A stretch of DNA of 53,446 bases, the filler included, from Diploschistes diacapsis (taxonomy: Eukaryota): NCBI GenBank assembly GCA_023645945.1. It is 3 parts of 3 records of this genome, joined end to end, with 100 filler letters (N's around TTAATTAATTAA, not from the genome) between each part and the next. Parts side by side here need not be neighbours in the genome. Positions count along the whole stretch, not along the records: positions 17,890 to 35,622 come from JALAIB010000438.1; positions 35,723 to 53,446 come from JALAIB010000439.1; 1 more part is not named here. One strand, written 5' to 3'. Shown piece after piece: positions 32,301 through 45,643 of this stretch (within the stretch, counting starts at the first letter, position 1; every line of letters begins with the position of its first letter). A program made the position numbers and the translations under genes. The notes beneath the pieces were generated by a model, which did no database searches, had not been told where the DNA came from, and worked only from the letters and a program-made list of their open reading frames with translations.

Positions 32301-34251
32301 TGGTTTGGATGTGTCATTCACTTAGCAAACCTGTGCCCTACTAGCCTCTCTACTTTCGCAGAGTCTGAATTCTTGGCAAGGCACTGCCAATGAAAGTTCA
32401 TATGGGTACAGCTTCTCGTTCCCACAATAGGCAACAAATTCCGACAGGCTGCAAGATCTACCTTCATCCAAACATGAGCCATTAAGCTTAAGATACTTTG
32501 CCAAAAGACTCAAATTCTAGGCGCTGCATATTGCCCACTACAGGTGTATCATACCACTTTTCGGGTCAGTCAAGGGACATAGCAAGAATAGGCTGTCGCC
32601 GGTTATCGTCGTGTAGTTTATCAAAACACGAGGTTGCACCAACTACAAGGATGCTCTAGGGTCGCATGAGGGCCCGCAGAGTTGGCTCTGGCTAAGACCC
32701 GTCAGCAATGCCGTCAACTGATAATGCATGGACATGTTCGCGAGCGTGGCAGAGTGCGCATGGAACAATGTAAGACGAAGTCCTTGCACACTAGTGGCAA
32801 AATCCTTGTGAGGCGCCGCGAACAACAGGAGCGTCCATTGATGTATTGTTCTACTGAGGTTTATTAACATGAGGTATATTGATACATACGCAGGACATGT
32901 ACAATGGCCCCATCTGATTTTGCATCGCCACTCAAGTGGCTAACGCAACAGTTGCGGCTGACCTGGCAAGCCATTTATTGGCACCTCGCTTATCGAAGCG
33001 CAAGTTGCAGTCAGCAACTGGCCATGCGAAACCCTCAAAAGACAACCTGATCAAGTTTCAGCCGATACGAACTATAAACAGCACTCTGATAACGAGTACA
33101 CATGATTTAGTGGCTCAAACGATAGTTTCCATAAGTTACCGAAACACAGCCCAAATCAATTCACTATTCTACCACTAATAATCATGATTCCGGAAATCGA
33201 CCCATAGACACCAGAAGCCTGAGGAAGGTTTGGTGCCAGGATTTCATATAGATCCACCATGCACCCTCATCCGAAATATTTATTGGAGGCTAGGAGGTAA
33301 GCAGTGGCCCATGGAGATGTATGGGAAAAGCCCTTACAGAAAGTTGGGGCGTGATTAGAAGATTGCCACGCACCAGCGTAAGAAGGCTTTGATCGCCGGG
33401 AGCAATGACTTCGAGGGCTCCGAGATACTGCAACGCCGAAAAATCCCCGTCACTGTATCGTAACAACTTGAAAGAGGGAAATCCGCTTCTAGGAATGTGG
33501 TTTGAGATAATACCCAGGCTACATAGGACTCTTGTAAGGTCTGGTATGGCAGAGAAGAATCCTTCCAACACCGACGGATGCAGACAAAGATTAGGAGAGC
33601 TGGCTATGCAAGAAACGGAGGATAAGAACCTCCTTTTCGCCTTTCAAAGCACACATTTTCAGCCCATTCGAGTCTTGATCTCGTTTCGATCCACTGCGCG
33701 GTAGAGATGAAATAAAATACGAGGTCTATGATGGATGGATGGCTTCTTTTCTTTTGCGATGGATTTGCGTGAAGTCATGCATCTCTGTGATGATTGGCTG
33801 TGTTTGCAACAGAAGACTTGGAAGATGGACTCATGTTTTAAATCAGAGCCACGACTTTTTCTTCTTCTTTGATCCCTCTTTCTGTTGTCGAGGTGCATTT
33901 CCTTTCCTCCTCGTCCATTCAATCAACCTACGCTTATGTTCATCACTACGGTACGTTGGAAAGAGATGATCTAGCTACCGGGACTACTTGTTGTTGGACG
34001 CAGGGATGATCTACTGGCAAGACTGGTTTTATCATACTATTGATTATAAGAATGCCTGGCTAATCTACCCGATGATCGCTCAATCTTCCGAAAGCCTCCT
34101 TTCCTAGCGATGCGTTATTCGTCCCCTCTATTGCTGCAGGTTTACCTAACAACTTAACCACTACCACCTACCATCTCCAATCTCACATCCCTCATCTCCC
34201 CTTCCTCTTCTATCCATCAACCTAAAAACTACCCACCCGAATCTGAAAACC

Positions 34252-35831
34252 TCAAACCCAGCTCCTCCTCCCCCTGCTTCCTTCACTCTCCGTCTCGATC
34301 TTCCTCTCCATCTCCATATCCATCTCCATCCTCCCACCCCTCACGCCACGCCCCGCTCTCGGACTGCCCATCGGACTAGCACACTGACCACTACCCTGAC
34401 AAACACCCCGACCCCGAGCCACCATCCTACCGCCCCCAAAGTACGTCTCAACCCTCTCCCGCGATCCAGGGCTAGGGTGCACCTCGATGCGCACCACGTC
34501 CTCCACGTCCTGGTCCATTGTCAGTACCACCTTCAGGCCCTTCTCCCTCTCTCGTTCCGTTTCCTTTTCGGCGCGGTCAAAGGTGCCATCACGGCCGTCG
34601 TATCTTTCCTCTACAGCTGCAGATCGACCTTGTGGCGATAGATTCGGATACTGAGCGCCCTTCCGCCATCCACGTGGAGAACTGGTCTGCGTCTCGTGGC
34701 GTGCGTAGGTTGAGCTTCCACACTCGGAAGCAGTACTTGGAGGCGGTGTCAGCGGATCACACTTCCCCTCTCCATACCCTTTGATCGCGCCAGGAGCCGT
34801 CGCTCCACGCAGGCCAACAACAGGCTTCGGAATGCGGGACGTGCTTCTCTCCGCCGCACGCGGACTGAGGTTCAGACCCGACGAGATGCGCACGTCGATG
34901 GACTTGCGCTTTTCCTTGCCCTTGCTCTTGTCTATCGCTTGCCCCTGCTCTGCGCTGTGACTATGTAGATCGGCGTCAACAGCGGCAGCAGCAGTGCCCT
35001 TCACGACTCTAGCAGCCGGCAACCTCGCACCTTCCCGCTCTCTGCCAAACAGCTTCTCGAATTCGAACACCGGCAACTGCATCCTCTTACCCCCGTGATC
35101 TTTGGGGACCGGCATCGCCATCTCAAAAGGCATCGCCAGCCTCAGCGGGAGTCTTGCCATTTTCTTCGGTGTCGGCAAGTGCAGCTTCTCTGCTCTGTTC
35201 TCCTTGTCCCCTTCTTCTACCCTCTCTACTGTAGATCCAATCTCGTCCCAAGGCCCGCCCTTGGCTAGAGCGCGGTACGAGTACAACAGCTCCTCCGTGT
35301 CTTCGGACATCCGTTTCCCATCGCGGCCGTAGGCGCGCCTCTTGTGCTCGAAGACGCTCGTGGCGCGAGAAGCTGCAGTCGACGAGGATCGCGTGTCGAA
35401 GGTGCCGTCGCCGCCAAAGGCTGGTGCAGAGAGTAAATCGACTGGTGCCCCATCTCCTGTTTCAAGTTCGATATCCGCCGAAGAAAACCTCGCGCGCCAG
35501 TCTTCTATCCCTTTCCTCTCTCTCTCCGCTTCTCTTGCTCCTTCATCCCCATCCCCATCATCGTCCTCTGTCCTGGCAGCAGAATCAATAACATCATCAC
35601 CACTCACTCCCCCAACCCCATCNNNNNNNNNNNNNNNNNNNNNNNNNNNNNNNNNNNNNNNNNNNNTTAATTAATTAANNNNNNNNNNNNNNNNNNNNNN
35701 NNNNNNNNNNNNNNNNNNNNNNGGTCTTTAGGGGGGTTTAGGCTGGAGGAAAGGGAAAAGAGAAGAGGAAGGCAGGAGGGAGAGGAGAAGGTGGCGTACA
35801 GGGCACTGTCGAATTGGGTGTCGGAGGACAT
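34252..35831 (-). CDS. Hypothetical low-complexity protein, probably spanning the 35623-35722 gap
   Basis: 451-codon open frame with G-ending codon bias runs into the gap; on the far side GCCATG at 35831 opens a frame (MSSDTQFDSALYATF...) that stays open to the gap. No domain recognised; the join is inferred. Confidence 0.6.
35623..35722. other. Assembly gap with six-frame-stop spacer
   Basis: 44 N + TTAATTAATTAA + 44 N. Confidence 0.99.
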
Positions 35832-36361
35832 GGCTGCTGTGAAGGGTCCGGGGAACGTAGGTGGATAATGAGGCCAGGAATAGTATGAGACTGCGGAGGA
35901 ATCTCGAAGTTGAATAGAGGGGGCTTTAGTAGGACGAGATTAAAAAAAAGAGTTAAGTTAGATTGCGTGTAGGTTGTGCCATGCAATTCGCAATGCTATG
36001 GAAGTTTTGTTGTAATTGGATCTTTGATATTGCAACGCTATGTAGAAAGATCGGTGGAATTCTTCAGAGATTTATGGCGGAGTGCCGATGCCAGCAGGAG
36101 CACTTTGCCATCTCTTAAACATCACAAAGTGTCGTTCCTTAAAGGCTCTAGAAAAGCACTGCGTGTTGGTCACAGTCTGGCTTAAAAGTTGGCAAGGAAT
36201 TCATAAATTTGCCGCGAGAGGAGCATCGCAAGTGCCGTTAACCAGAAGGATTACTCCCCATGTTACTTCTATTATAACAGGAAAAGCACAAGGACCTTCT
36301 CAATAGTATGTACAAGTTCACGCGAGTTGCCGCTAAACGCCTTGCTCCAATACCAAAGCCC

Positions 36362-38871
36362 CTATCTTACATGCTTTAGTCTCCAAGTCGCATACGCCGC
36401 GCCTAATGAACTCAACCCTCCAATGAACATGCAAACACCAATCGCATTCCATCCTTGTGGCCCATCATCCGCATGGTCTCTTCGCAAAAGCATCATCCCA
36501 AATGCTTCTGTTCCGCGGCTGCTCTCAGTTGCATTTTCAACTCCGATGCCCCCACCAAAAATTCCAGTATCGTTATGCGCGTGGCTGCTTTCGCCCCCGG
36601 CCAGCTCTCGACTTTTGCCTGGCTCAACGATGGCAAAGACAATGAAGTTGATAAGGGTGCCGAGCAACTGGGGAGCAGCAGCGTATAGGTTGAGGATACC
36701 CAGGTACACACCAGCTGTTTCACCGGTAGAGGCATCTGCCGTGAGAGGATCTTCGCTCAGTAAAACCCCATTCGGGCCTGTGCTAGAAGCCAGGTCGAGC
36801 CCGTTTAGCTCAAGATCGGGCTCTTCCTCTTCTTCTTCTTCATCCTCCTCTGGCGTAGTCGCTTCATTCGGTGAGTGCAAAGGAGTGTGTTCGTGATTGT
36901 AATTAATGTAGAGCTCGATTGGAGATGCAGGCTCGGGAGAGTGCGCCAGTTTCGACTCCTCTATTATCATGCCGTCAGCACCATCCTCGTCTTCGTCGTC
37001 ATCGTCTTCGACCCGCGCGCGATGATACGCTGCGCCATTGGCATTAGCCAGCGCAGTGCCATCTATGGCGACAGAGTCGGCAGCATCCGGTGTGGCAAGG
37101 CGATTGATTTCGACGCCCATAAACGAGAAAGGAGCCCACGTGGCCAGAGCCCAGGGGATTCCTGATAATGATACTACCGTTGTGGCGAGTTGAAGAGAGG
37201 TAACGAATGGAGCAAGGAGATTGGCACCTGCAAAGATAAGGTGGGAGACGAGCCAGGCATTCAAGAGCGATGGCTTGCGATCATTGAGATGCTTCAGAGA
37301 AGTGACGAGAAAAGCTGGAATGTGCGATTTCTTCGACGAAAGAGCTTTGGGATTGGAACTCGACTCTGGGGAGCGGATGATGGGTGGGAGGATAACGGCA
37401 GCGGCGAAGGATATTATGGAGAAAATGACGAGCGAAAAGGAGCCGATACGCCCAATAGCACCAAGTTTATCGGTTATACCATGAAGCTCTTCGGGGTCGG
37501 TATAGCTAAGAGAATGTTCAGCCGCTGGGCGAAATTGGATGATGATGTGGGGTCTTTTTCATACCGAAAGTAAGTTTCACCAACCCAAGTTGGACTGTAG
37601 AACAGGAAAGAAAACCAGCCTTTTTGATATGTTAGACTTGAATGTTTGGGCAGAAATGCTTGATAAAGTACCTATCCACGCCCAGAATTGAACCCAGCAA
37701 ATTGCTTGTATTCGATTTGGTAGGTGGAAACATGTCTTGAAGAGCTCAATAAGAACGCGCAAAGGGCCCGAGCCCTTTTCATCAATCCTAACAGCTTCTC
37801 AGCATGTTGAACCGTCATGGTTATGCCTCAATTATCAATGGGTATGAGACTTGTCTGACCTTGGAGAAACCAGTACGCGCTCCTGTGTTGCCCAGGCTGT
37901 GAGACCGCAGCATCCTGTGAGGAACAATGCGGCTAGTATGCATAATTGCTTGAATTGGGTATTACCAAGCCAATCGCCCCATAGACCTGGTAGGTCCAGT
38001 GTTCCAATAGCATAGCCTAGCAAGCTCCCAATGCTTGCTAGTCTGCTAGCTAGAAACTCTCAGATCTCCTCAACCGGCTTTAGGAAAGCGTTCTTACCCC
38101 AGGCAGATCCAGATTGCTGCTTGGCGATCGGCAATGTATCCACGATGAGACTTCGACTTGCGGCCATGACTTGCAGATCCAGATTAGCCCCATGCACATA
38201 TGCAAGGCTTCTCGACGGACTCACCGGCGTTGATTGAGAAATCGACCGCGTAAATCATTGCAACAGCAACCACAATTGCCCAAAAGCCGGCCTGTCGCTT
38301 TCTGTAAGCCCACGTCGAACACTTTTTTTTTTGCACAATTCCTCATACCGAATCATGGTCTTTGTTGAACAATCTAACGATCTCGGCAGCCCATGCGAGG
38401 ACAATAAGGCAGGCGGATACAAAGATTGACCCGCCCATCATGAATGGCCGTCTCCTACCCCATTTCGACATCGATCGATCCGCAATTGCGCCCACAATTG
38501 GCTGAACTATTATGCCAGAAAGAGGTCCAGCGACCCAGACTGCAGACGTTTTGCTCTTCGTGAGGCCAAGCGACAGCAGATACGGTGTACCATCTGCACA
38601 GTATTACTTAGTGCTCGTATACGATGGATACGGGAACGCAGGTATCTGCAGGAAGCGACGAACATGTCATTTCGACTCCCCATGTCAACCTAAGAAACAG
38701 AGCAATCAATGTTAGCCTCAGAAGCGTTTCATGTGGTCAGCCGTTAAACGTTTAGGCTAATTGAGCAACTTACGAGATGCCGACCATAGAGAATGTTAAC
38801 AAGGTCATGCGAAGAGCCTCTGTAGAGCCCTTGATGGAGGGCGTACCCGACCATGACGCTTCCTGAGGCAT
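36362..38871 (-). CDS. Sut1-like sucrose/alpha-glucoside transporter (GPH family, MFS), multi-exon
   Basis: Exon translations include W.GTPSIKG..EALRM.LLT, VWVAGPLSGIIVQPIVG.IADRS.SKWGRRRPF, RSLIVDTLP..QQ.GSAW, QFWAWIG, WAPF.FMGVEIN and AGVYLGILNLY..PQ. Confidence 0.92.
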
Positions 38872-39388
38872 CGCCTCATTTATAGTCGTAGGAAGAGAGC
38901 GAGCGAAAAGTGTTGTCAAGTTACTTTTCGAGATGTGGCAGAATTTCATGATTGATGTAATCGGGGCTTTTACCGGGGAGACCGCGCCGGAGACTGCTGA
39001 TTGGTCAGTTGCTTTAAGCGAAGCTTTTGGAGCCTTTTTGTGCCACGAGGCGTGACGGAATGTCGGGGGGCTTGGACTCCTTGAGTTGAGTTGCACGCGG
39101 CTGGCACGAGGCTTCAAAGTGCTCCACAAGTCCACACACGTTAGGCAAGGGGGAATCTTATATAGCGTTTGGTTGACGGGATTTTTAACGTCTTGCGTAC
39201 CTCTATCCTAAGACCTCATGCGGCAACACAGAATAACAGCTTGGAGTGTCATCAGATTAGGTCGTGAAATCCTTTACGCACTCTATCTATAACGTGAAGA
39301 CTCCAAACTCTGGCTTCCCTTTGAAATTGACATTGCTAAAACAAACGTCACGAGCTAAACGTGCTTCGGATGGTTTTTCATAAGTCGT

Positions 39389-41224
39389 TTACAATTTCTG
39401 TGGCGTCGCCTGAGTTATGGGCCACTGATATCCAGCAGGGTCCGAGAATCGGTAGCCATACGACCCTGTGAAATCATCGAGGACTGCAGGACCTCGGGAT
39501 CCTATACATTGTTAGTTGTGAGACTCACCACAAGCAAATTATGCACTTACCGTATGGATATTCCATTGGTTGGATCTCCTTGTTGTTATCAAGGTAATGT
39601 AGTATGGGGGTAAAGATCCTCCAGCTAGCGTCTAGCTCATCGTTCCTCACAAAGTTGGAGTGATCGCCTTTCAACGCATCCAGCACCAAAGACTCGTACG
39701 CCTCGGGAATCTTTAGGTCAGAGAAGCGCCGACGGTAAGTCAAATCCAACTCAGTCTGTACCGTCTGCATCGTCAGGCCGGGAAGCTTCGAATTCATCTT
39801 GATGTACACGGACTCGTTGGGCTGGATTCGGATGACCAGCTCGTTGCGCGGAATGTTTTGGAAGATACCAGATGTGACGTCCTTGAATTGGACTCGTACT
39901 TCGGTCTTTTGCTCGTTGAGGGCTGCCCTTCTTTAGCACAACCATATCATGGGTGCAGCACAATTACCTTTTCCAGCCTTCAGTATAAATGGGACGCCGT
40001 CCCACCTTTCATTCTTGATGAAGCACGCCATTGCACAGAACGTCGGACAACGCGACTCCTTCGGTACGGTGTCGTCCTCTTTATAGCCAGGTTTGGTTCC
40101 ATCTAGCGACTTGCCATACTGGCCTATGATGACATTTTTTGGCTCTATGGCTGGCATACTCCTAAGAACTCGAACTTTCTCATCTCGAACGTCTTCGGCA
40201 GAGAAGGAAATAGGTCTTTCCATAGTGAGGAGGGTGAGGATCTGGAGAAGGTGGTTCTGCATAACGTCACGAACGATACCAAATTCGTCAAAATAACCTC
40301 CACGTCCCTCGGTACCGAAGGGCTCCTTGAAGGATATTTGAACATTGTCAATGTAATTGCGGTTCCACGTTGCGCCCAAAAAGGCATTACCGAACCTCAG
40401 CACCAGCATGTTCTTAACCATCTCCTTCCCTAGATAATGGTCGATACGGAAGATCTCCTCCTCTTTCCAGATTGGATCCAGCGACCTCTGCAGCTCCCTG
40501 GAGCTAGCTAGATCCTTACCAAAAGGCTTCTCGATGATGACACGAGCAAGGCCTTGCTTAGGATAGCAGTTTCGTTTTACGTGCTCTGCGACTGTAGTGA
40601 AGACGCTGGGTGGTAGAGCCATGTAAAAGACTCTGTTTGTCTCGGATCGACCCTTCTCGAACTGTTCTAGGTGCTTCGTTAAGTTGATGAAGGAATCATC
40701 TTCATCATACTGGCCGGAGACATAGGTGGTGATTTTGCAAAATGACTCTAGCTGCTCTTCCATTTCTTTGGTCGGCGTCTTGATATATGACTTGACCCTT
40801 TTGAGGTATTCCTCATGGTCCATCTTCGTTCTCGCATAGCCGACAATCCTGGCATCTTTGGGGAGGAACGAATTTCTGTACTATAAGACCATAGCACAAT
40901 CAGTTATCTTAGTCGAGTACATGAAAGCTCAACGCTAGCGTACCAGACCGAACAAGGCCGGGAACTGAACAACCGTTAACAATCACAGAAAGCGGTATAA
41001 TGAAGTTCAGAGGATCGCACGGTTTTCTTCTTTGCAAGGTCGCCCGAAGCCCCGAACACTACTATGATGGTATTTTCCTTGAGCTCGATGGTGCTGTGAT
41101 GGAACGTTCAGCACAAGCTCTCCGGCTAAGAAGACTTCCCTCGGTTTCTAGATCCGCTCACTTGGGCAGAAGGAGCTTACCCTGCGTTTTGAGGCTCTTG
41201 GGCGTCATCATGTATTTCGGCCAT
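39389..41224 (-). CDS. ZWF1: Glucose-6-phosphate 1-dehydrogenase, multi-exon
   Basis: GASGDLAKKKT, YMALPP, EKPFGKD, RIDHYLGKE, GRGGYFD, RDVMQNHLLQ, RWDGVPFILKAGK, NELVIRIQP and PEAYE signatures. Confidence 0.98.
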
Positions 41225-41966
41225 ATTGACAGAGGCAGGTAAGGTCGAATTAGAACTCCGAATTAGTAGTTCTATCAAGAGCAAAAGAATTAAAGGAAAG
41301 AAGCTTGAACTGAAAACTGCTCTTATGGTGGGGTGAGTAGTCGAGCTCCGTTGGGAATTGATACTACTTGACGACATCGGCCTTTGGGGTAAGCCTGCGC
41401 TAGAGCTACGGGAAGCCTCCGGACATTCGACTCAGGTGCATGACATGACACGAAAATGAAGCAGCGTTTAATAATCGGCAAAGGACCGCAACGTACGGAC
41501 GCTCCGAATTTACTCGCAAAACCTTACTGTTGTTACGGAGGTATGAAAGACTTTGGTCCATATCCTAATCTCAGGTATCACATTATTGTTGTTTTGCATA
41601 GGTGGACAGTTGAAAGCTTGGAGAGAAGATAGTAGAAGATAGATTGGTTAAGCAAGGAACATGCGGGTTACCGCTCGGAGTTAGCGACGCCCGGTAGGCT
41701 TTTTTTGAGATCTCCGGAAGAACCAAGAACCGGGCGATTCCAAGTTGCCTTATCTTATATAGCCCTATTAAGCTCGTAAGCGAGTTATCTATACCGTTTT
41801 GAGATTAGCGTTTCTGCTTCCACACTTCATCATCAGGTATATCCTATATCCCCAAACTTGTACGGAAAGTCTGAGATCATCTTCGCAATTAACTCTACCA
41901 TTCCCCCAATCCCACAGCGTGGAATCACCCTTCTTTTTTAGAGATCGCTGAGGTCGCGTTGTCAAG

Positions 41967-42674
41967 ATGTCGGGATCCGGACACCGATGTGAGTTTTCCC
42001 CAGCAGCTGCGGCCACCTACACGGTTTTGGACCTGAGATAGGTACGCAAAGCTCTAGATAAATCATTTGCTAACCTTATGGATAGTATACGTCAAGTACG
42101 TTAGAGCGCTGTGACTCCCTTCGCCTTCAATCCCAGCCCTTAAGAAGACGGCCGCTCTCGGCTACCACTCCTTTGCAAGCCGCGATTAGCGTGCAGGACT
42201 GACAAGAAGCTTGCTGCAGAGGCCGGCATCTGAGCTATCAGCGTGGCAAGCGCAACACAAATCCCGGTACCAGGTGTGTATCGCTGAAGCTGAGAGCTGC
42301 AAAAGTTCGAAATATTTAACAGGGACTACAGCTTGATCAAAATCGAAGGTGTTGATGATCCCAAGGCAGCTTCGTAGGCTTAGCGGTATACCTTTCTTCT
42401 TCTACATTTTCCTAACAGCTGAATCAGTTTCTATCTTGGCAAGAAGGTCGCTTTCGTCTACCGGGGGAAAAGGGAAATCCGTGGAACAAAGATTCGCGTG
42501 ATATGGGGCAAGGTTACCAGGCCACACGGTACGGGTGGTTCGAATATAAGATATCGAGAAACTCACCGGTGCATAGGCAATTCTGGTGTTGTTAGGGCAC
42601 AATTCCGCCATAATCTCCCCGCGAAGTCATTTGGCGCATCGGTCAGAGTCATGCTTTACCCATCCGCGATATAG
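41967..42674 (+). CDS. RPL33: 60S ribosomal protein eL33 (L35a); 6 exons including a 10-nt micro-exon at 42086-42095
   Basis: Manual splicing gives [56 protein letters not shown]...[44 protein letters not shown]; absent from the ORF track because the exons are short. Confidence 0.97.
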
Positions 42675-43436
42675 GAAGTCATTAAGGGGGAACCTTCCTG
42701 GCCGCGACATGGAGGGGATTACTGTTGTTGATTGAGCATTTGCAAGTTGAGGAGTTCTGTCACAAGTACGATATCCTCAGTAGCAGGGCAGGCAATTAGA
42801 AATAAATCATTAAAACCCTCAAAAACACTGCCCTTTGCTTTGCAGTTGCCGACAACTCGTGTTGCACCCGCTGAGCCTCCCAAGTGTGCCAGACCCACAT
42901 AACAAGCCTGCTTCTCCTATAACAGAAACCTTGAGGTTAACACGGAAGGGCTTTACTGTGGACACTGAGTTATTTGGACTATGCCTACGCCGCGCACAAC
43001 TTGTTTAAACAATTCTCAACCAGCAGATAGCTCAAGCTTGATAAGCTCATCCCGGGGTCGAACAGATCAATCTTTTCATCTTACGATACTTGAATATCCC
43101 CCCAAATGGTGCCGCAGTGTGTGTACCTTGTCAGAAACGCTACCAATCGCCCATTTTCCCAAACTGTATATGAAATGCCGAGAAGGTTGTTCTAGCATGA
43201 TCATGTGGTACTCACAGGCTCTATGAGCATCTTCTAGGTTAGTGCTATATGGGGAAAGTTTGTTATACCAAAGTCAAGGAAAGAGCTAACCCCAAGCTTC
43301 AATGGAGCTAGGCCCAAAAAGGCAAGTTGTTGACCGTTTCGTCATCTCTGTTATCTTCACGCTTCATAGAGTCAAGATCTGCGCTATGTTCCGCCTTTAA
43401 AACCAGCGCTGGATCTAATGGAGTAGAGTATATAGA

Positions 43437-45275
43437 ATGGCCGATTCCTCTTTAGGTTTGTGCATTTCTTGGTTTTATCTTGTAATCGTGCTTCTTATGA
43501 TGTTCGTGCTTTTGATTACTGCTCTTGTTTGGATTGCTCCAGTGCTCTGCCAATTTCTTTCTCCGCCTACTGATTTGAAGAATGTGACCGGCTATGCAAA
43601 TGTGCCCGTCCGCTACAAGGAGGTTCCCTCCGGCATCTGTGAGCTCAATCCCAAGATCAAGAGCTATGCCGGCTACAGCGAAGTCGATTCAGACCAATAC
43701 ATCTTCTGGTGGTTCTTCGAAACGCGTAACGGCGACCCCACAACCGCTCCTCTGACAATATGGATGAACGGCGGCCCCGGCTCCTCGAGTATGATCGGCC
43801 TCTTCCAAGAGAACGGACCCTGCTTCATCGACATCAACGGCAACCCCTACAACAACCCCTATTCCTGGTCCAATGCCTCCAACATGCTCTACATCGACCA
43901 ACCCGCCCAGACGGGCTTCTCCTACTCCGTTCCCATTCCCGGGTACATCAACAATGACGACGGCTCCATCACAGAACTGAAAACGGAGAACTGTCCGAAA
44001 GCGCAAGAAGGCAATTGCGGCACCTTCCCCTTACCCAATGTCAAAGATACGGCCAACTCCACCGCCAACGCCGCGCCAGGCTTCTGGAAGACATTGCAGG
44101 GCTTCATGGGTGCGCTGCCCCAGTACAGCCGGCATGGAATCCACATCACAACCGAGTCCTACGGCGGGCATTACGCGCCCGTCTTTTCCTCGTATCTCGA
44201 GGCCCAGAACGCGGCCAAGGCCGGGCACGAGATCCACCTGGAAAGCGTGCTCATCGGCAACGGTTGGTACGATCCGCTGATCCAATACCAGGCGTACTAC
44301 AACTACTCCGTGCGCGGTGCCCCAGGTAACACATACGACTTCTACCCCTTCAACGCCAGCGTCGCACAGCAAATGCACGCCAACCTCTACAGCCCCGGCG
44401 CCTGCGTCGACCAGATCGAGAAGTGCTACGCGCAGCGCACCAACGCCGTCTGCAACCTTGCCGATAACTTCTGCGCCAACAACGTCGAGTCTCTCATCTA
44501 TCTGGACCGCGACTTCGACGACATCCGCGAGCTGGACCCGGACCCCTTCCCGCCCGAGTTCTACGTGGATTACCTCAACACGCCGAAGGTCCAGCAAGCG
44601 GTCGGCGCGTTCGTCAACTACACCGAGTCCTCCTACGCCGTGTATGTGGCCTTCAACAGCACCGGCGATGATGGACGCAGCGCACACACGGTCGCCGACA
44701 TGCAGGATCTCATCGCGAAGGATCTGAACGTGGTCATGTACACGGGCGACGCGGACTACAACTGCAACTGGCGCGGCGGGCAGGCCGTCAGCGAGGAGAT
44801 CTCGCCCACGGCATTCTCTTCCTCCTCCTCCTCCCCGTCTTGCGCGGACACCGATGCGGATGGGAAGGTCGGGGCAGGACGCGCGGGATACGCGAACGTC
44901 AGCACGAGCGACGGCGCGGTGCGCGGGCAGGTGAAGCAGTTCGAGAACTTCGCCTTCGTGCGGGTTTACTACTCGGGCCACGAGGTGCCGTTTTACCAGC
45001 CGCTGCTGGCGCTGGAGATGCTGGAAAGGGCGATCAACGGCCGGGACGTGCAGACGGGAACGGAGGAGGCGAGGAAGGGGGGTGGATACAGGACGGTGGG
45101 CACGGCGGAGAGTGTGTTTTATGAGGGGAACGGGACGGTGCAGAGGGTTGTGGTGCCGGTGGGTGCGACGTACAATACTACCACCGGGGCGCCGAATCCG
45201 TACAAGGGGGAGGCGATGGAGAGGAGGGAGGCGGGGACGGACAGGAGCTGGAGGAGGAGGTGGAGTTGGATATAG
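43437..45275 (+). CDS. Secreted serine carboxypeptidase (peptidase S10, carboxypeptidase S1-like); true start may be Met at ~43498-43501
   Basis: WMNGGPGSSS, ENGPC, YIDQP..GFSY, catalytic TESYGG, GDADYNCN and SGHEVP; hydrophobic N-terminus. Confidence 0.96.
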   Translation: MADSSLGLCISWFYLVIVLLMMFVLLITALVWIAPVLCQFLSPPTDLKNVTGYANVPVRYKEVPSGICELNPKIKSYAGYSEVDSDQYIFWWFFETRNGDPTTAPLTIWMNGGPGSSSMIGLFQENGPCFIDINGNPYNNPYSWSNASNMLYIDQPAQTGFSYSVPIPGYINNDDGSITELKTENCPKAQEGNCGTFPLPNVKDTANSTANAAPGFWKTLQGFMGALPQYSRHGIHITTESYGGHYAPVFSSYLEAQNAAKAGHEIHLESVLIGNGWYDPLIQYQAYYNYSVRGAPGNTYDFYPFNASVAQQMHANLYSPGACVDQIEKCYAQRTNAVCNLADNFCANNVESLIYLDRDFDDIRELDPDPFPPEFYVDYLNTPKVQQAVGAFVNYTESSYAVYVAFNSTGDDGRSAHTVADMQDLIAKDLNVVMYTGDADYNCNWRGGQAVSEEISPTAFSSSSSSPSCADTDADGKVGAGRAGYANVSTSDGAVRGQVKQFENFAFVRVYYSGHEVPFYQPLLALEMLERAINGRDVQTGTEEARKGGGYRTVGTAESVFYEGNGTVQRVVVPVGATYNTTTGAPNPYKGEAMERREAGTDRSWRRRWSWI

Positions 45276-45643
45276 GGGACCATATCATGTGCAGATCCAT
45301 TGTGAATCAAGGGAACGGCATAATGTTTTCCATTTTGGGTTCGAGATCAATTGAGTATAGTGATTGGGATGAAAAATGCTGTTTGCACAAGGTTTCAAAT
45401 AATCTCCTTGGGGCCAAAACGATCTAGGAGCTCGAAAGCAACTGCTAAATCCAAGCCTTGCATGGCTCGCTATCCACTGCAAGCCCGCCGCGTATGACAC
45501 CAGGAACAAGTAAACCCTCTGATTTCGAAATGACACGAACTTCGCTATCACTGAATTCCACCCGGCACGCAAGTAACGACAGGAAAACGAAATCAAGCGC
45601 GCAAGTAAATCACACCCAATCCTAGCAACATCGCTCGATCAAA

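Noticed and set aside
29700..34200. ORFs 31899-32393, 31050-31421, 33290-33704
   Set aside because: No recognisable domain and mostly non-ATG starts; an old relic cannot be excluded without a search.
44031..44981. 316-aa antisense ORF to the carboxypeptidase
   Set aside because: Expected shadow of high third-position GC in the sense gene.
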